NCBI GenBank assembly: GCA_043739185.1
Contig: JAYUEN010000211.1
Location: 1-44,097, forward strand
Direction of reading: 5' to 3'
Length of the DNA: 44,097 nt
Source of the DNA: Bdellovibrionales bacterium
Lineage (GTDB): Bacteria; Bdellovibrionota; Bdellovibrionia; Bdellovibrionales; JAMPXM01
Below are positions 27,453-36,675 of the stretch, one piece after another (positions within the stretch are counted from its first letter, which is position 1; the number at the start of each line of letters is the position of its first letter). The position numbers were made by a program, and so were the translations under genes. Under the pieces are notes generated by a model. That model saw only the letters and a list, made by a program, of their open reading frames with translations. It was not told where the DNA came from and made no database searches.

Positions 27453-28916
27453 TTATCGAATTCCCCTTGGAATCAGCCAGCGATCTACGACTTCAAATAA
27501 TAAATGCACTAAGATGGCGAGAAGAGCTGAGGGTATGGCGCCCTGAAGAATGATTTGACTGTTATTAAGGGCAAGGCCAGTGACAATGATAGCACCATAG
27601 CCACCCGCTCCGATAAAAGCAGCAAGTGTGGCGGTTCCCACATTTATGACCGCAGACATTTTAATGCCAGATATTATAGTGGGCGAGGCAAGTGGTAGCT
27701 CAATAAGTCTGAGTCGTTCAAAAGAACTTAGGCCCAAAGTTTGTGCGGACTCAATTAAACTTTTATCAATCTGAATAAGTCCCAGATAAGTATTTCGTAC
27801 AATAGGTAGTAGGGCATAAAGAAACAAGGCCACAACGGCGGGCAAATAGCCAATTCCAAAAATCGGAATGAGAAAACAAAGTAGTGCAAGTGAAGGAATG
27901 GTTTGCAAAAGCCCGCTTGTTAATAAAACCCCTTGCGCCAAATATCTCAATTTGGCAGCCAATATGCCGAGTGGCAATCCGACAATCAAGGCTGCCAGCA
28001 AAGATAAAAAAACCAATGAGAGATGTTCCTTGGTGCGCTTCATTAGGTTTTGCCAGAGGTCGGTATTTTGACCACTTGATTTTTTCAAAAAGTAGGCTGC
28101 AGTTTTTTCAAAGCTCCAATGTTCAAGCTCAACTTTGGCATTGAGCTCGATCATTTTTTCTTCATTGATTTGACCCTCTAAAGAGCGAATGGCTTGCCAA
28201 GTTTTAGGATATTTTTGCATAAGGTCTTTTCGCAAAACAAAAACCGCAAGATAGGGAGGGAAGAACTCTTTGTCGTCTTTTAATATTTTTAAATCATATT
28301 TGGCAATTTTGGCATCGGTAGAATAAACCTCTATCAGATCTAATTTATTATCGGAAATTGATTCGTAGGCGAGACTATGCTCCATGCCCTTCATATTGCT
28401 TAAGTTAATGTGATAAAACTTCATGAGCGCTTCATAGCCGTCTTGACGCTTAATAAACTCATGGGTGAATCCGGCGCGCAAATTTGAAAAATTGGCAAGC
28501 TCACTGATTTTCAAAATATTTTTTTCTTGCGAAAGTTTTTGAGGAATTGCGAGTGCATAATTATCGCTAAATCCTATACTGCCAGAAATTTGCAATTGAT
28601 CTTTCGCAAGGCTTTGATTGAGCTGCTCGATGCTCTTAAGACTAGGATCCTTTAAGATGGCTTCTGAGATTGTGCCAGTATATTCAGGGTAAATATCAAT
28701 TTGCCCAGATTTCAACGATTCAAATATGATTCCTGTGGCGCCGAGACCCAAGCGTCTTTGAACTTGAACCTCCCCAGTGTCTTCGATTTTTTGTGCTAGA
28801 ATTTCGGCCAAAATATAATTTTCAGTAAAAGTTTTAGACCCCACTACAAGAATTGGTTTGTCTCCGGCCAAACAATTCATCGAAAAAAGAAAGCAGCCAA
28901 GTAAAGTTTTCTTCAT
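27453..28916 (-). CDS. Osmoprotectant (Opu/glycine-betaine type) ABC transporter, fused substrate-binding and permease
   Basis: GSKTFTE, YPEYTGT; permease QTIPSLALL and EAA-like loop ESAQTLG. Confidence 0.92.
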   Translation of the reverse strand: MKKTLLGCFLFSMNCLAGDKPILVVGSKTFTENYILAEILAQKIEDTGEVQVQRRLGLGATGIIFESLKSGQIDIYPEYTGTISEAILKDPSLKSIEQLNQSLAKDQLQISGSIGFSDNYALAIPQKLSQEKNILKISELANFSNLRAGFTHEFIKRQDGYEALMKFYHINLSNMKGMEHSLAYESISDNKLDLIEVYSTDAKIAKYDLKILKDDKEFFPPYLAVFVLRKDLMQKYPKTWQAIRSLEGQINEEKMIELNAKVELEHWSFEKTAAYFLKKSSGQNTDLWQNLMKRTKEHLSLVFLSLLAALIVGLPLGILAAKLRYLAQGVLLTSGLLQTIPSLALLCFLIPIFGIGYLPAVVALFLYALLPIVRNTYLGLIQIDKSLIESAQTLGLSSFERLRLIELPLASPTIISGIKMSAVINVGTATLAAFIGAGGYGAIIVTGLALNNSQIILQGAIPSALLAILVHLLFEVVDRWLIPRGIR

Positions 28917-29665
28917 ATTAACTCAAGTAATTCTAAGGGTGGTACTTGAGCGCGGATAAAGCGTGTTACAAATTCGTTGGCTGGTTTTTTGATGAAGCTT
29001 TTAAAGTCACCATGTTGAATAAGAATTCCTTCGTCAAAAAGGGACAAGCTATGTCCGAAAAATGCAGCTTCACCGACATCATGAGTAACCATCACAACGG
29101 TCTTTTTGACTAGATTAAAGATACGCTTGAGTTCGCGTTGCAATTCAGATCTCACTAGTGGGTCAAGCGCACCTAGTGGCTCATCTAATAATACAAGAGG
29201 AGGATCGAGCATTAAGGCTCTCATTAAGGCAATTCTTTGGCGCTGACCTCCACTCAATTCCTTTGGAAAATGTTCTAAAAAACGCTGCTCAAGCTGAACC
29301 AGCTGACAGAGCTCTGAAATGCGAGCTGTGATTCGGCTTGGACTCCAGCTAGCTAATTTCGCCGCCAGCGCCAAATTTTCTCGACCACTAAAGTGCGGAA
29401 AGAGGCCGCCTTCTTGAATGACATAGCCAATTCGCGAGCTGAGGTTTTTTTGAATACTGTTCGAAATCAGTTCGCCATTGAGGCGAATTTCTCCTTCATC
29501 GGCCTCAATGAGTCCACTTAAAAGGCGTAGAAGTGTCGACTTGCCGCTACCGCTTGATCCTATAAAAACATGAGTTTCACCTTCTTTTAGCTTGAGATTA
29601 ATATTTTTCAGCGCGATCAGGTCGCCGTAGTATTTTGATACATTATTGATCTCAATCATGATCAC
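28913..29665 (-). CDS. ABC transporter ATP-binding subunit (Opu-type)
   Basis: GSSGSGKS, LSGGQ, LLDEP, VTHD. Confidence 0.95.
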   Translation of the reverse strand: MIMIEINNVSKYYGDLIALKNINLKLKEGETHVFIGSSGSGKSTLLRLLSGLIEADEGEIRLNGELISNSIQKNLSSRIGYVIQEGGLFPHFSGRENLALAAKLASWSPSRITARISELCQLVQLEQRFLEHFPKELSGGQRQRIALMRALMLDPPLVLLDEPLGALDPLVRSELQRELKRIFNLVKKTVVMVTHDVGEAAFFGHSLSLFDEGILIQHGDFKSFIKKPANEFVTRFIRAQVPPLELLELI

Positions 29666-29678
29666 TCAATCAATGTTG

Positions 29679-30809
29679 TTAAAGTTTTCTGTTGAACGGA
29701 AAATAAAGTTGTCGAAAATAGCCTTTCGGCACATAGTCGCCGACCACGCCGTATTGATTCGGCCACTTTTGATCGGATTTGACCGCTGAGCCAAAAATAT
29801 AATCTAAGAATGCGAAGTGTGCGGCATAATTTTTATCAATGGCCTCGGTGTCTTGTGAATGATGCCAATGATGAAAATTCGGAGTCACAATAATATAGCG
29901 GAGTGGGCCTAGTCTGACGCTGACATTGGCATGATTGAAAACAGCTTGAAAGCCTACAATGATAATATAAATATCGATCACCTCTTTGCTAAAACCTAAA
30001 ACGTAAATGGGTGCCAAAACAAGGGTGCGGGTGAGAATGAGTTCGATAATATGTTGTCTTGAGCCTGCGAGCCAATCCATACATTTCACGCTATGGTGAA
30101 CGGCGTGGAGGCGCCACAATAGTGGAATCTCGTGATAGGCTCTATGCGTCCAGTATTGCACAAGATCAGCAACCAAAATTATAGCGAAAATTGAAATTGC
30201 AAGGGGCAGATCTTGCACCCAAGCTCGAATGCCGTCTTTTGCGGCCCAGCCAAAAAATTTATGCACCAATAAATTAGTTGCAAGTAAAACAAAGCCAACT
30301 ACGATGTGATTTACAATGAAATGATGAAAGTCGGTTTGCCATTCTTCTCGAAAGATAGGCTGATCTTTTCTCAATGCAAATAATTTTTCGATGAATACAA
30401 AAATCAAAGTCGAGCCGAGAAGATCTAAAATGAACCAGTCCAAACCTATATAGGGAGTGTGATCCGGAAAATTATTGACGGGAACTTTGCTGCCGCCCAA
30501 TGCGAGCGACAAAGCCACAAAAATAAAGGCAGTCAGACTTAGCCAGCGCTCTCTTCCGCGAATGATGTTAAAAAGTGAAATGGCTCCCGCTAGTGTCATC
30601 GACCAAAAAAGAAGTTGGCGCAAAAAATCAACGCTATATGATTTCCGAAGTTCCGGAGTGGTCAAATATTCTGGGAAGTGAAAGGCCAATACCCCCAGGA
30701 AGCAAAGGCATGCAAGTGCCAAGGCAATTATTCCTGAAACCAGACCGACTCCGGCAGTCAACTTTCCGTGGGACTCTGCTAATTGATTTAACTTTTCAAA
30801 TTCCTTCAA
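29679..30809 (-). CDS. Sterol desaturase / fatty acid hydroxylase family protein
   Basis: His boxes HRAYH, HAVHH, HANV, HHWHH; TTG 30809 with GGAG RBS. Confidence 0.9.
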   Translation of the reverse strand: MKEFEKLNQLAESHGKLTAGVGLVSGIIALALACLCFLGVLAFHFPEYLTTPELRKSYSVDFLRQLLFWSMTLAGAISLFNIIRGRERWLSLTAFIFVALSLALGGSKVPVNNFPDHTPYIGLDWFILDLLGSTLIFVFIEKLFALRKDQPIFREEWQTDFHHFIVNHIVVGFVLLATNLLVHKFFGWAAKDGIRAWVQDLPLAISIFAIILVADLVQYWTHRAYHEIPLLWRLHAVHHSVKCMDWLAGSRQHIIELILTRTLVLAPIYVLGFSKEVIDIYIIIVGFQAVFNHANVSVRLGPLRYIIVTPNFHHWHHSQDTEAIDKNYAAHFAFLDYIFGSAVKSDQKWPNQYGVVGDYVPKGYFRQLYFPFNRKL

Positions 30810-30849
30810 GAAGAGACTCCTGGTTGTGGTCTCTCTATGAAAGCATAGT

Positions 30850-31566
30850 TTATCTAGCAAAAGAAGCAGAATTCATTTCAAAGCTGGCGCGATCCATTAA
30901 AAAATGGCGGTAGTTTTCGTCGCCCTTTGGGAAATCGTTCAGGCCTAGTTTTTGAAGCACTGTCTGTGAACCAATATTGCTTTTTAGTGAACGTGCATAA
31001 ACATAATCAGCGTCTAGCTCCTCAAATGAATATTGCAGGAGACGTCTCGCGGCCTCTGTTGCGACACCCTTGCCCCAGGAATTTGGGAATAAATGAAGAC
31101 CAAGGGCAAAAATTCTTTCGCCCTCTTTCAGAGAAACATAAGTTCTTGTAAGGCCTGAATAAATTTCGCAAGTGCCTATGAGTTCCCCTCGAAAAAAAAT
31201 TCCGAAGTACAATATAAAGTTTTGAATGTTCACGTTTCGGCTTCTGGCATATTTAAAAGTTTTTAAAGTAGCCATTGATAATTCACCAAAGGCAGCGATT
31301 TTAGAAACCAAATTAGAATTGGAATAGCGACCGAAATCACCGCTCATTTTTTGCACGGAATTATCGGTTAGAAGAGAGGATGCCGCTATCATTTCTTTGT
31401 AATTCAGTGGACGCAGACTTAGTCTTGGCGTTTGTATAGAAAGATTCAGTGGTCCGGAGGCATTGAGGAATATCTGTTCACAGCGATTGGCTGCGAGGGT
31501 ATTTTGACTTAGAATCGCAGTTGTGAAAAATACTAATATAAAATATTTTAAAATAAAGCTTTTCAA
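30850..31566 (-). CDS. RimJ/RimL-type GNAT acetyltransferase with N-terminal signal-like peptide
   Basis: TPRLSLRPL, WGKGVATEA, NIGSQTVLQKLG. TTG 31566 chosen because the sigma54 promoter abuts ATG 31611. Confidence 0.85.
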   Translation of the reverse strand: MKSFILKYFILVFFTTAILSQNTLAANRCEQIFLNASGPLNLSIQTPRLSLRPLNYKEMIAASSLLTDNSVQKMSGDFGRYSNSNLVSKIAAFGELSMATLKTFKYARSRNVNIQNFILYFGIFFRGELIGTCEIYSGLTRTYVSLKEGERIFALGLHLFPNSWGKGVATEAARRLLQYSFEELDADYVYARSLKSNIGSQTVLQKLGLNDFPKGDENYRHFLMDRASFEMNSASFAR

Positions 31567-31611
31567 AACAGTCCTTAAGCTTATAAAACTTGTTTCAGTT
31601 GAGAAATTCAT

Positions 31612-31627
31612 TGCAAGCTAGGGGCCA
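31612..31627 (-). promoter_or_regulatory. sigma54 promoter
   Basis: TGGC-N7-TTGCA (TGGCCCCTAGCTTGCA). Confidence 0.6.
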
Positions 31628-31747
31628 TATTTGGAATCAAAAATGTATCTGGCGGCTTGAGCGTTTGGGCTTGAGGTCGCATCTGAAAGTAGCTTTGAAT
31701 TGCATGGGCTTTATGCGGCAATATGTCTTAATCTTTGACAGCAGATT

Positions 31748-31937
31748 GGCCCTGTTTTCTTTTTATTGATCTAGGTTTAATTCTCGAATTCAAAGCAGTT
31801 TTTACGGCAGCAGCGGCCGTCAACCGCTTGTCAGTTTCGGAGATCAGCCTTCAGTGGGTTAGCCGATTCTGATTCTGGATCAGCTGCCGTTGACTGAATT
31901 CGGCATGCCCGCCGCAGAAGCTTTCAACATTTTACCA
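31748..31937 (-). repeat. Dispersed intergenic repeat, copy B (long)
   Basis: Reverse-complement core CCGAAACTGACAAGCGGTTGACGGCCGCTGCTGCCGTAAAAACTGCTTT. Confidence 0.85.
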
Positions 31938-31948
31938 ATTAAAAAATA

Positions 31949-32380
31949 TCAATTGGGGTGGCGATTATTGGCGTAATAAATCAATACTGACCAAGCCAAA
32001 ACTACGATAGGTCCGATTGCAAAATTAAAAATCTTATCGGACTCAGATAATTTTTCTTTAGAAAAAAAATACCAACCGCCATTTTCTGAATCCTGAACCC
32101 GATAATTACAAATTTTAAAAACCGGCACAAAGAAAAAAGTAAAGGTAAGTGTTGAAAGATAACGGCCCTCTGAATCCAAATCTTTTTTTCCAAGGAGTCT
32201 CAGGCCAATCCCATTGATCGTCCGAAGAAAAGGGGGTTTTATTGAGGGTGTGAATTCAGGCGCTTCAGAATTTTGAACTTGCTTCATTTTCGATGCAAAC
32301 CTTTCTGGCAAATGGATGCTCTCAGGTGAACTATTAAGTTTCGTCCACAGTCTTGGTTCTCGCCTTTTCTGAACCGTCAT
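31949..32380 (-). CDS. Hypothetical membrane protein
   Basis: TINGIG..TFFFVPV..YRV segment; C-terminal TM. Confidence 0.65.
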   Translation of the reverse strand: MTVQKRREPRLWTKLNSSPESIHLPERFASKMKQVQNSEAPEFTPSIKPPFLRTINGIGLRLLGKKDLDSEGRYLSTLTFTFFFVPVFKICNYRVQDSENGGWYFFSKEKLSESDKIFNFAIGPIVVLAWSVLIYYANNRHPN

Positions 32381-33533
32381 TCATATATTCTATTTTTTCA
32401 ATTTCTTTTCCTGATTGAGCATCGTAGATACTTTTGGTTTTCGGCTTTCCTTTTTCCCAAATCGTAACGGTTTTTTGATCTATATCGTAATAGGTAGACG
32501 GGCCATCGCGCAGGCCATTTTTGTAATTATTTTCAATAATAAGCTTTCCGTCCTGGTCATAAACCTTATAGGCACCGACGTATTTGCCCCAATATTCTCC
32601 ATGCTCAAACTTCATGGTATGTTCCGAATACGGCTTGCCTTGATCTGAAAAGGATCGCGCCACTTCAGTTCGAGAGAATTGATCATAGGTTATTTTTACA
32701 ACTTCAGAGATTTTACCATTTTCAAAATAATCAAGACGCTCAGATAGCTTTTCATTTGAAAATGTGCGTTTGCTTTTTTTAGCACCACTTTCAAAAAATT
32801 CTTCTTCACTTTCAGGAAAACCATTTTTGTAGTTTGCCTTCAGCTGAATTTTACCATCTTCAAAGAACTTCTCGTACGCACCAACATATTTACCATTGAC
32901 AAGAGTTGCTTTGAATTTAACTTTGCCGTCCTGATATTTGGTTACGACCGGACGGTTCATTTCTGCGAAGTGTTTTTTGATTTCGCCGTCGATGAAGCTT
33001 CGTACTTCTTTGTCGAATTCAGAATATTTCATATTGAGGCAGGCAGAATAATAAATCGAATCACGATCGCCATTTTCCCAGCAGCCGGGAATGACTTCGA
33101 GTACTTTTCCATTTTCATTTGCCAGAAATTCAACTCCAATTTGTTTTCCTAAGCTAAAATATTTAATCCACCACGCCGTCTTAATATTGTGCCAGCTTCG
33201 AGCAGTTGAAAAGTCACGGTATTCTCCGTCGAGCTGTCCGGCTCTATATTGGGCCCGAATGGTTAAAATATTGGTAAAGGAGCGGCAGATGAATTCGCCA
33301 TCTAATTCCCCGTTGATGAAATTGGCAGATCGCAAGACAATTTTGGGATTGTCTAGGGCATGACAAATCTCACTGCCTTCTTTTCGATTGTGATTGATTT
33401 TCACTTCACATAATTTCTCTTCTGCTTCTTCAAGTTGACAGGCTTTGTAGCCCATTTCATTTGCCTGTGCTTGAAGCTGAACCATGAAAAGGAAAAATAA
33501 AATAATTTTGAGGTTGTGTTTGATTGTATTCAC
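32334..33533 (-). CDS. Secreted MORN-variant repeat protein (YwqK-like)
   Basis: Repeated YKNG..G....Y/F..NG units; signal peptide. Confidence 0.85.
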   Translation of the reverse strand: MNTIKHNLKIILFFLFMVQLQAQANEMGYKACQLEEAEEKLCEVKINHNRKEGSEICHALDNPKIVLRSANFINGELDGEFICRSFTNILTIRAQYRAGQLDGEYRDFSTARSWHNIKTAWWIKYFSLGKQIGVEFLANENGKVLEVIPGCWENGDRDSIYYSACLNMKYSEFDKEVRSFIDGEIKKHFAEMNRPVVTKYQDGKVKFKATLVNGKYVGAYEKFFEDGKIQLKANYKNGFPESEEEFFESGAKKSKRTFSNEKLSERLDYFENGKISEVVKITYDQFSRTEVARSFSDQGKPYSEHTMKFEHGEYWGKYVGAYKVYDQDGKLIIENNYKNGLRDGPSTYYDIDQKTVTIWEKGKPKTKSIYDAQSGKEIEKIEYMNDGSEKARTKTVDET

Positions 33534-34327
33534 TGGCCATCTCCGTAAATCTGAATCGCTTTTTGTAGTCCATCTTGATAAGTTTTTGATGCTTCTTGCA
33601 TTTTTTGTGATTTGACTTCAGGTTTATCTGAACTTTTTTGTATGCTCGCCATTTGATCTTGAAGCCATTTAGAAAGTCGAGTGGTCTCAGTTTGGTAGAC
33701 TTCGGCTTTCTTTTTTGCGCGCGTTTGAACTTCAGTGACTTGCTTTTTAATTTTCTCTTCTCGGTTTTTGGCTTCGAGCTCACGGTTTTCATCACGTTCT
33801 TTTTCTTCATTTCTTCGCGATGCTTCACGCTTTTCTTCGCGCGATTGAACATTTAAATTGAATAGTTTTTGCAACTCTTCTTTTACAAAGGCCGAGTCGG
33901 ATGGGCCGGGGCGTTCACTGCGAAAATCATTTGAAAGGTCCGCTGAAAACATGAGGGAGCGTCCCACAAGCTTGAGCTGGCGCTGATCCTTTCCTCCCAA
34001 TTGGCAATGAAGAGTATCAACTTTGGCTAAGATACTTTTCGTAGAATTCAAATCTTTTTGACAAAAATCTGCAATTTGTTCGAGTGGTATCAAACAAGGT
34101 GATATCGAATAATCACGGTTTGCAATTAAATAGTTTTTAAAACCAGGCCAATCTATTTCGACGCCTATGCCTTTCTTGCAGCTATTTTGGAGTTTCTCTT
34201 TGAGCTGTGCGAGTTGGTAAATCAGAGTGCCACGTTCTCGGCAAAGTTCGACGTCGACTACGCAATTTGCGAAAAGACGAAATGGTATAAAGTGCAAACA
34301 AATTATTAGAGAGAGCGCTCTCTTCAT
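33530..34327 (-). CDS. Secreted Cys-rich protein with charged coiled-coil C-terminus
   Basis: Signal; 6 Cys in the mature N-half; E/K/R-rich helix. Confidence 0.75.
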   Translation of the reverse strand: MKRALSLIICLHFIPFRLFANCVVDVELCRERGTLIYQLAQLKEKLQNSCKKGIGVEIDWPGFKNYLIANRDYSISPCLIPLEQIADFCQKDLNSTKSILAKVDTLHCQLGGKDQRQLKLVGRSLMFSADLSNDFRSERPGPSDSAFVKEELQKLFNLNVQSREEKREASRRNEEKERDENRELEAKNREEKIKKQVTEVQTRAKKKAEVYQTETTRLSKWLQDQMASIQKSSDKPEVKSQKMQEASKTYQDGLQKAIQIYGDGQ

Positions 34328-34490
34328 TTTAGATTCCTTTGTCAGTTGAAACAATTGAGATGAGAAAATTGTGGCTCAAGAGATTCATCACAGTCAAATC
34401 AATTGGCAATATATGACGTCGACCTTGGTCAAGCTGAAGTTTGTGCAACTTCAATAGTTTAGATAGAATTAAAAAATTTGTTCTTTTGGA

Positions 34491-34539
34491 CTTGAAGTAC
34501 GCAAAATGTACGTATAGCTTGAAGTACGGCAAATGTACG
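34491..34539. promoter_or_regulatory. Tandem 22-bp direct repeat, each containing GTAC-N7-GTAC (operator-like)
   Basis: CTTGAAGTACGCAAAATGTACG (34491-34512) and CTTGAAGTACGGCAAATGTACG (34518-34539). Confidence 0.75.
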
Positions 34540-34565
34540 AAATATTATTTTTTTCAGGAGGAAAA

Positions 34566-34955
34566 ATGCAAAGTCTAATCGCCAATCCAGCAAAGGTTTT
34601 GGGTTTTATTGGTCGTCACAAAGCAAAGGCCAACAGGGCTAAGCTTCAAGTGCCATTTTTATTTATTCAAGATGGTGAGGATTATTATTGCCTGAGAGTT
34701 TCAGGGGATTCAATGATTAGTAGTCGCGCTCGAGACGAACAAGATGATGTCGTGCTGGTTAAAAGGACAGAGGAGGCTAAAAATGGCGATATTATAGTCG
34801 GAGTAGTAGATGGTACGCCAATGCTTAAAAGATATCATAAGTTTGAAAATCGCATTGAATTGCATTCGACAAATTTTCAAAGTCGACCCATTGTAGTAAG
34901 CGCCGAGACTGATTTTCGAGTCGCGGGAATTTTTGTCGGCCACTTTAAAGAGTGA
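34566..34955 (+). CDS. S24 (LexA/UmuD-type) peptidase-domain-only protein
   Basis: LRVSGDSM catalytic Ser, MLKR catalytic Lys, AKNGDIIV; no HTH; AGGAGG RBS. Confidence 0.85.
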   Translation: MQSLIANPAKVLGFIGRHKAKANRAKLQVPFLFIQDGEDYYCLRVSGDSMISSRARDEQDDVVLVKRTEEAKNGDIIVGVVDGTPMLKRYHKFENRIELHSTNFQSRPIVVSAETDFRVAGIFVGHFKE

Positions 34956-34965
34956 AAAAATATCC

Positions 34966-36123
34966 TTATTGAGGGCCTGAATCAATCCATTGACCAATGA
35001 GATTGATTGCCTCTTGATGTAAGACACTGCTGCCGACAAGTGGCATTCGCGTTCCGTTGGTGAGCGAACTCATTCTGGCAAATACGTCACTTAACGCCTT
35101 GTTGCCCGAATTAATTCGGGCTTCTCCAGCACCCAATGCAAGCGAAATAGTTGGGGCCACGCCAATGAGATTCGTCATGGCAAGGCTAGTGGTTGATCTG
35201 AAATCAATGCTGATAAAAGGAGTAGCGAAGCCTCCCGGCTGATGGCAGACAGAGCAATTAACAGACAAATATGCGCGTGCACGATTTTGAACACTTATGG
35301 TGGTATCTGCTAAACCCGGATAAGCGGGAAGAATACTTGGGTCAGAAACACTTACACTCAAGAGGCCTGCATCGCTAAAGGTTTTGATTTGGTTGCGTGC
35401 ACCCACTTTATAATTGAATGATTTGTTGAGCTGAAGGGGGTTGACTCCAAGCACATAACCGGCCGCCTGTGAATGGCATTTGGCGCAATTTGTGACTGAA
35501 TGATTCCAATTTACACTTACTGATTGAGCGGGAGTATTCGGGTCCTGAGCAAGATAAGTATCTGTCATATCTGCAGTGACAAGGAGTGCATCGCTGCCAT
35601 CGTCTTTCCATTTATATAAATAGCCTACCCAAATATTATTTTGTAAAGTGGCGACTCGAGTTTCAATCCTTTTTATGCTGCCATCAGACATCGTAAGATT
35701 AAATTGTTTTACAAAGACAGACCCATTTGGAAACGTCCAAGTGGGAGCGCCCCCTATATTGTTTATGCTAGATTGTGCAGGAATGGCCATCCATCTGTTT
35801 TTGATTGCACCATCCGTCCAAAGAGGCATATTCACTTCATAGTTTACTAGCATCGGATTGGGGACCATAGTGCCAGCGACCAATGGGTCCCAAGAAGCAA
35901 ATAGCATGGTTTGTGCGAGTGTCGCAGCCCCTAGATTGAAGGTGCCAGGAGAGTATTTTCCGGTAATGATTTGCGAGGATGAGACCGGGGTGGGATTGAC
36001 TGCATTCGAAGAATTGCTGGCAATGTCAGTTAGAGTTGTGAAGCCAGTGCCGCAATTTTGAAAGCTTACTAAAATAAACGAAGTAATTGCTACAAGACCT
36101 AAAATCATCTTTTTTGTGATCAT
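34966..36123 (-). CDS. FQNC lipoprotein, diheme c-type cytochrome (SO2930-like)
   Basis: PLWTDGAIKNRW, FPNGSVFVKQF, IETR, CAKCH, RARAYL..NCSVCH, RMP. Confidence 0.85.
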   Translation of the reverse strand: MITKKMILGLVAITSFILVSFQNCGTGFTTLTDIASNSSNAVNPTPVSSSQIITGKYSPGTFNLGAATLAQTMLFASWDPLVAGTMVPNPMLVNYEVNMPLWTDGAIKNRWMAIPAQSSINNIGGAPTWTFPNGSVFVKQFNLTMSDGSIKRIETRVATLQNNIWVGYLYKWKDDGSDALLVTADMTDTYLAQDPNTPAQSVSVNWNHSVTNCAKCHSQAAGYVLGVNPLQLNKSFNYKVGARNQIKTFSDAGLLSVSVSDPSILPAYPGLADTTISVQNRARAYLSVNCSVCHQPGGFATPFISIDFRSTTSLAMTNLIGVAPTISLALGAGEARINSGNKALSDVFARMSSLTNGTRMPLVGSSVLHQEAINLIGQWIDSGPQ

Positions 36124-36292
36124 TATATAGCCCTCAATCTTAAAATTGGAATCTCTATATAATCGGTACAAAATTGAGAAAACTAAAAAAATACTCTCAG
36201 TTTGAGCTATTTAAAGCTCGTTAATGTCTCAATATATATCATCTTTTTTATATGCGGATTTATGTCGTCGTTCGGATATCAATTTGGATCGC

Positions 36293-36359
36293 TTTTAAAT
36301 CAGTTTTAACGGCAGCAGCAGCAGTTAGTCGTTTGGCAGTTTCGGTTTACTGAATTCGG
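36293..36359 (-). repeat. Dispersed intergenic repeat, copy C (internally deleted)
   Basis: Reverse complement CCGAATTCAGTAAACCGAAACTGCCAAACGACTAACTGCTGCTGCTGCCGTTAAAACTGATTTAAAA joins the two conserved blocks of copies A and B directly. Confidence 0.8.
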
Positions 36360-36675
36360 TCAATTGAAGTGAGTGAAGTTTGTGAGATTAACAAATACTT
36401 AAGGAGAGCTTGTTTGAAAATAGAGCCTTGGTACTCGACTAAAGCTTGGCTCATTGCCAGGTGATCCAATAGGTATAGCAGCGTGCTGGTGAGGGCGCCA
36501 TTGTGTACGACATTGAAGGATGCATCTCATTGCATTGTGCAATTTCCTAATGAAAACGGAGACTAGACCTCCTCGAGTAAAGTCACATCAAGTGTGTATT
36601 TACTTTTCAATTTATAACTTTGATACAGCAATAGTGGGTGCGGGCACTGAGGCTTTGGATTAGCATAGATGCATT

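Noticed and set aside
32334..33533. Toxin-antitoxin system from the YwqK-like MORN protein
   Set aside because: No recognisable toxin nearby; the label reflects only the repeats.
34491..34539. CRISPR array
   Set aside because: Only two repeats with a 5-nt gap and no cas genes; no array seen anywhere in the window.
36160..36187. FliA (sigma28) promoter-like sites here and near 19981, 22057 and 26610
   Set aside because: CCGA(T/A)-type -10 boxes are present, but -35 matches or spacing are too weak to call by eye.
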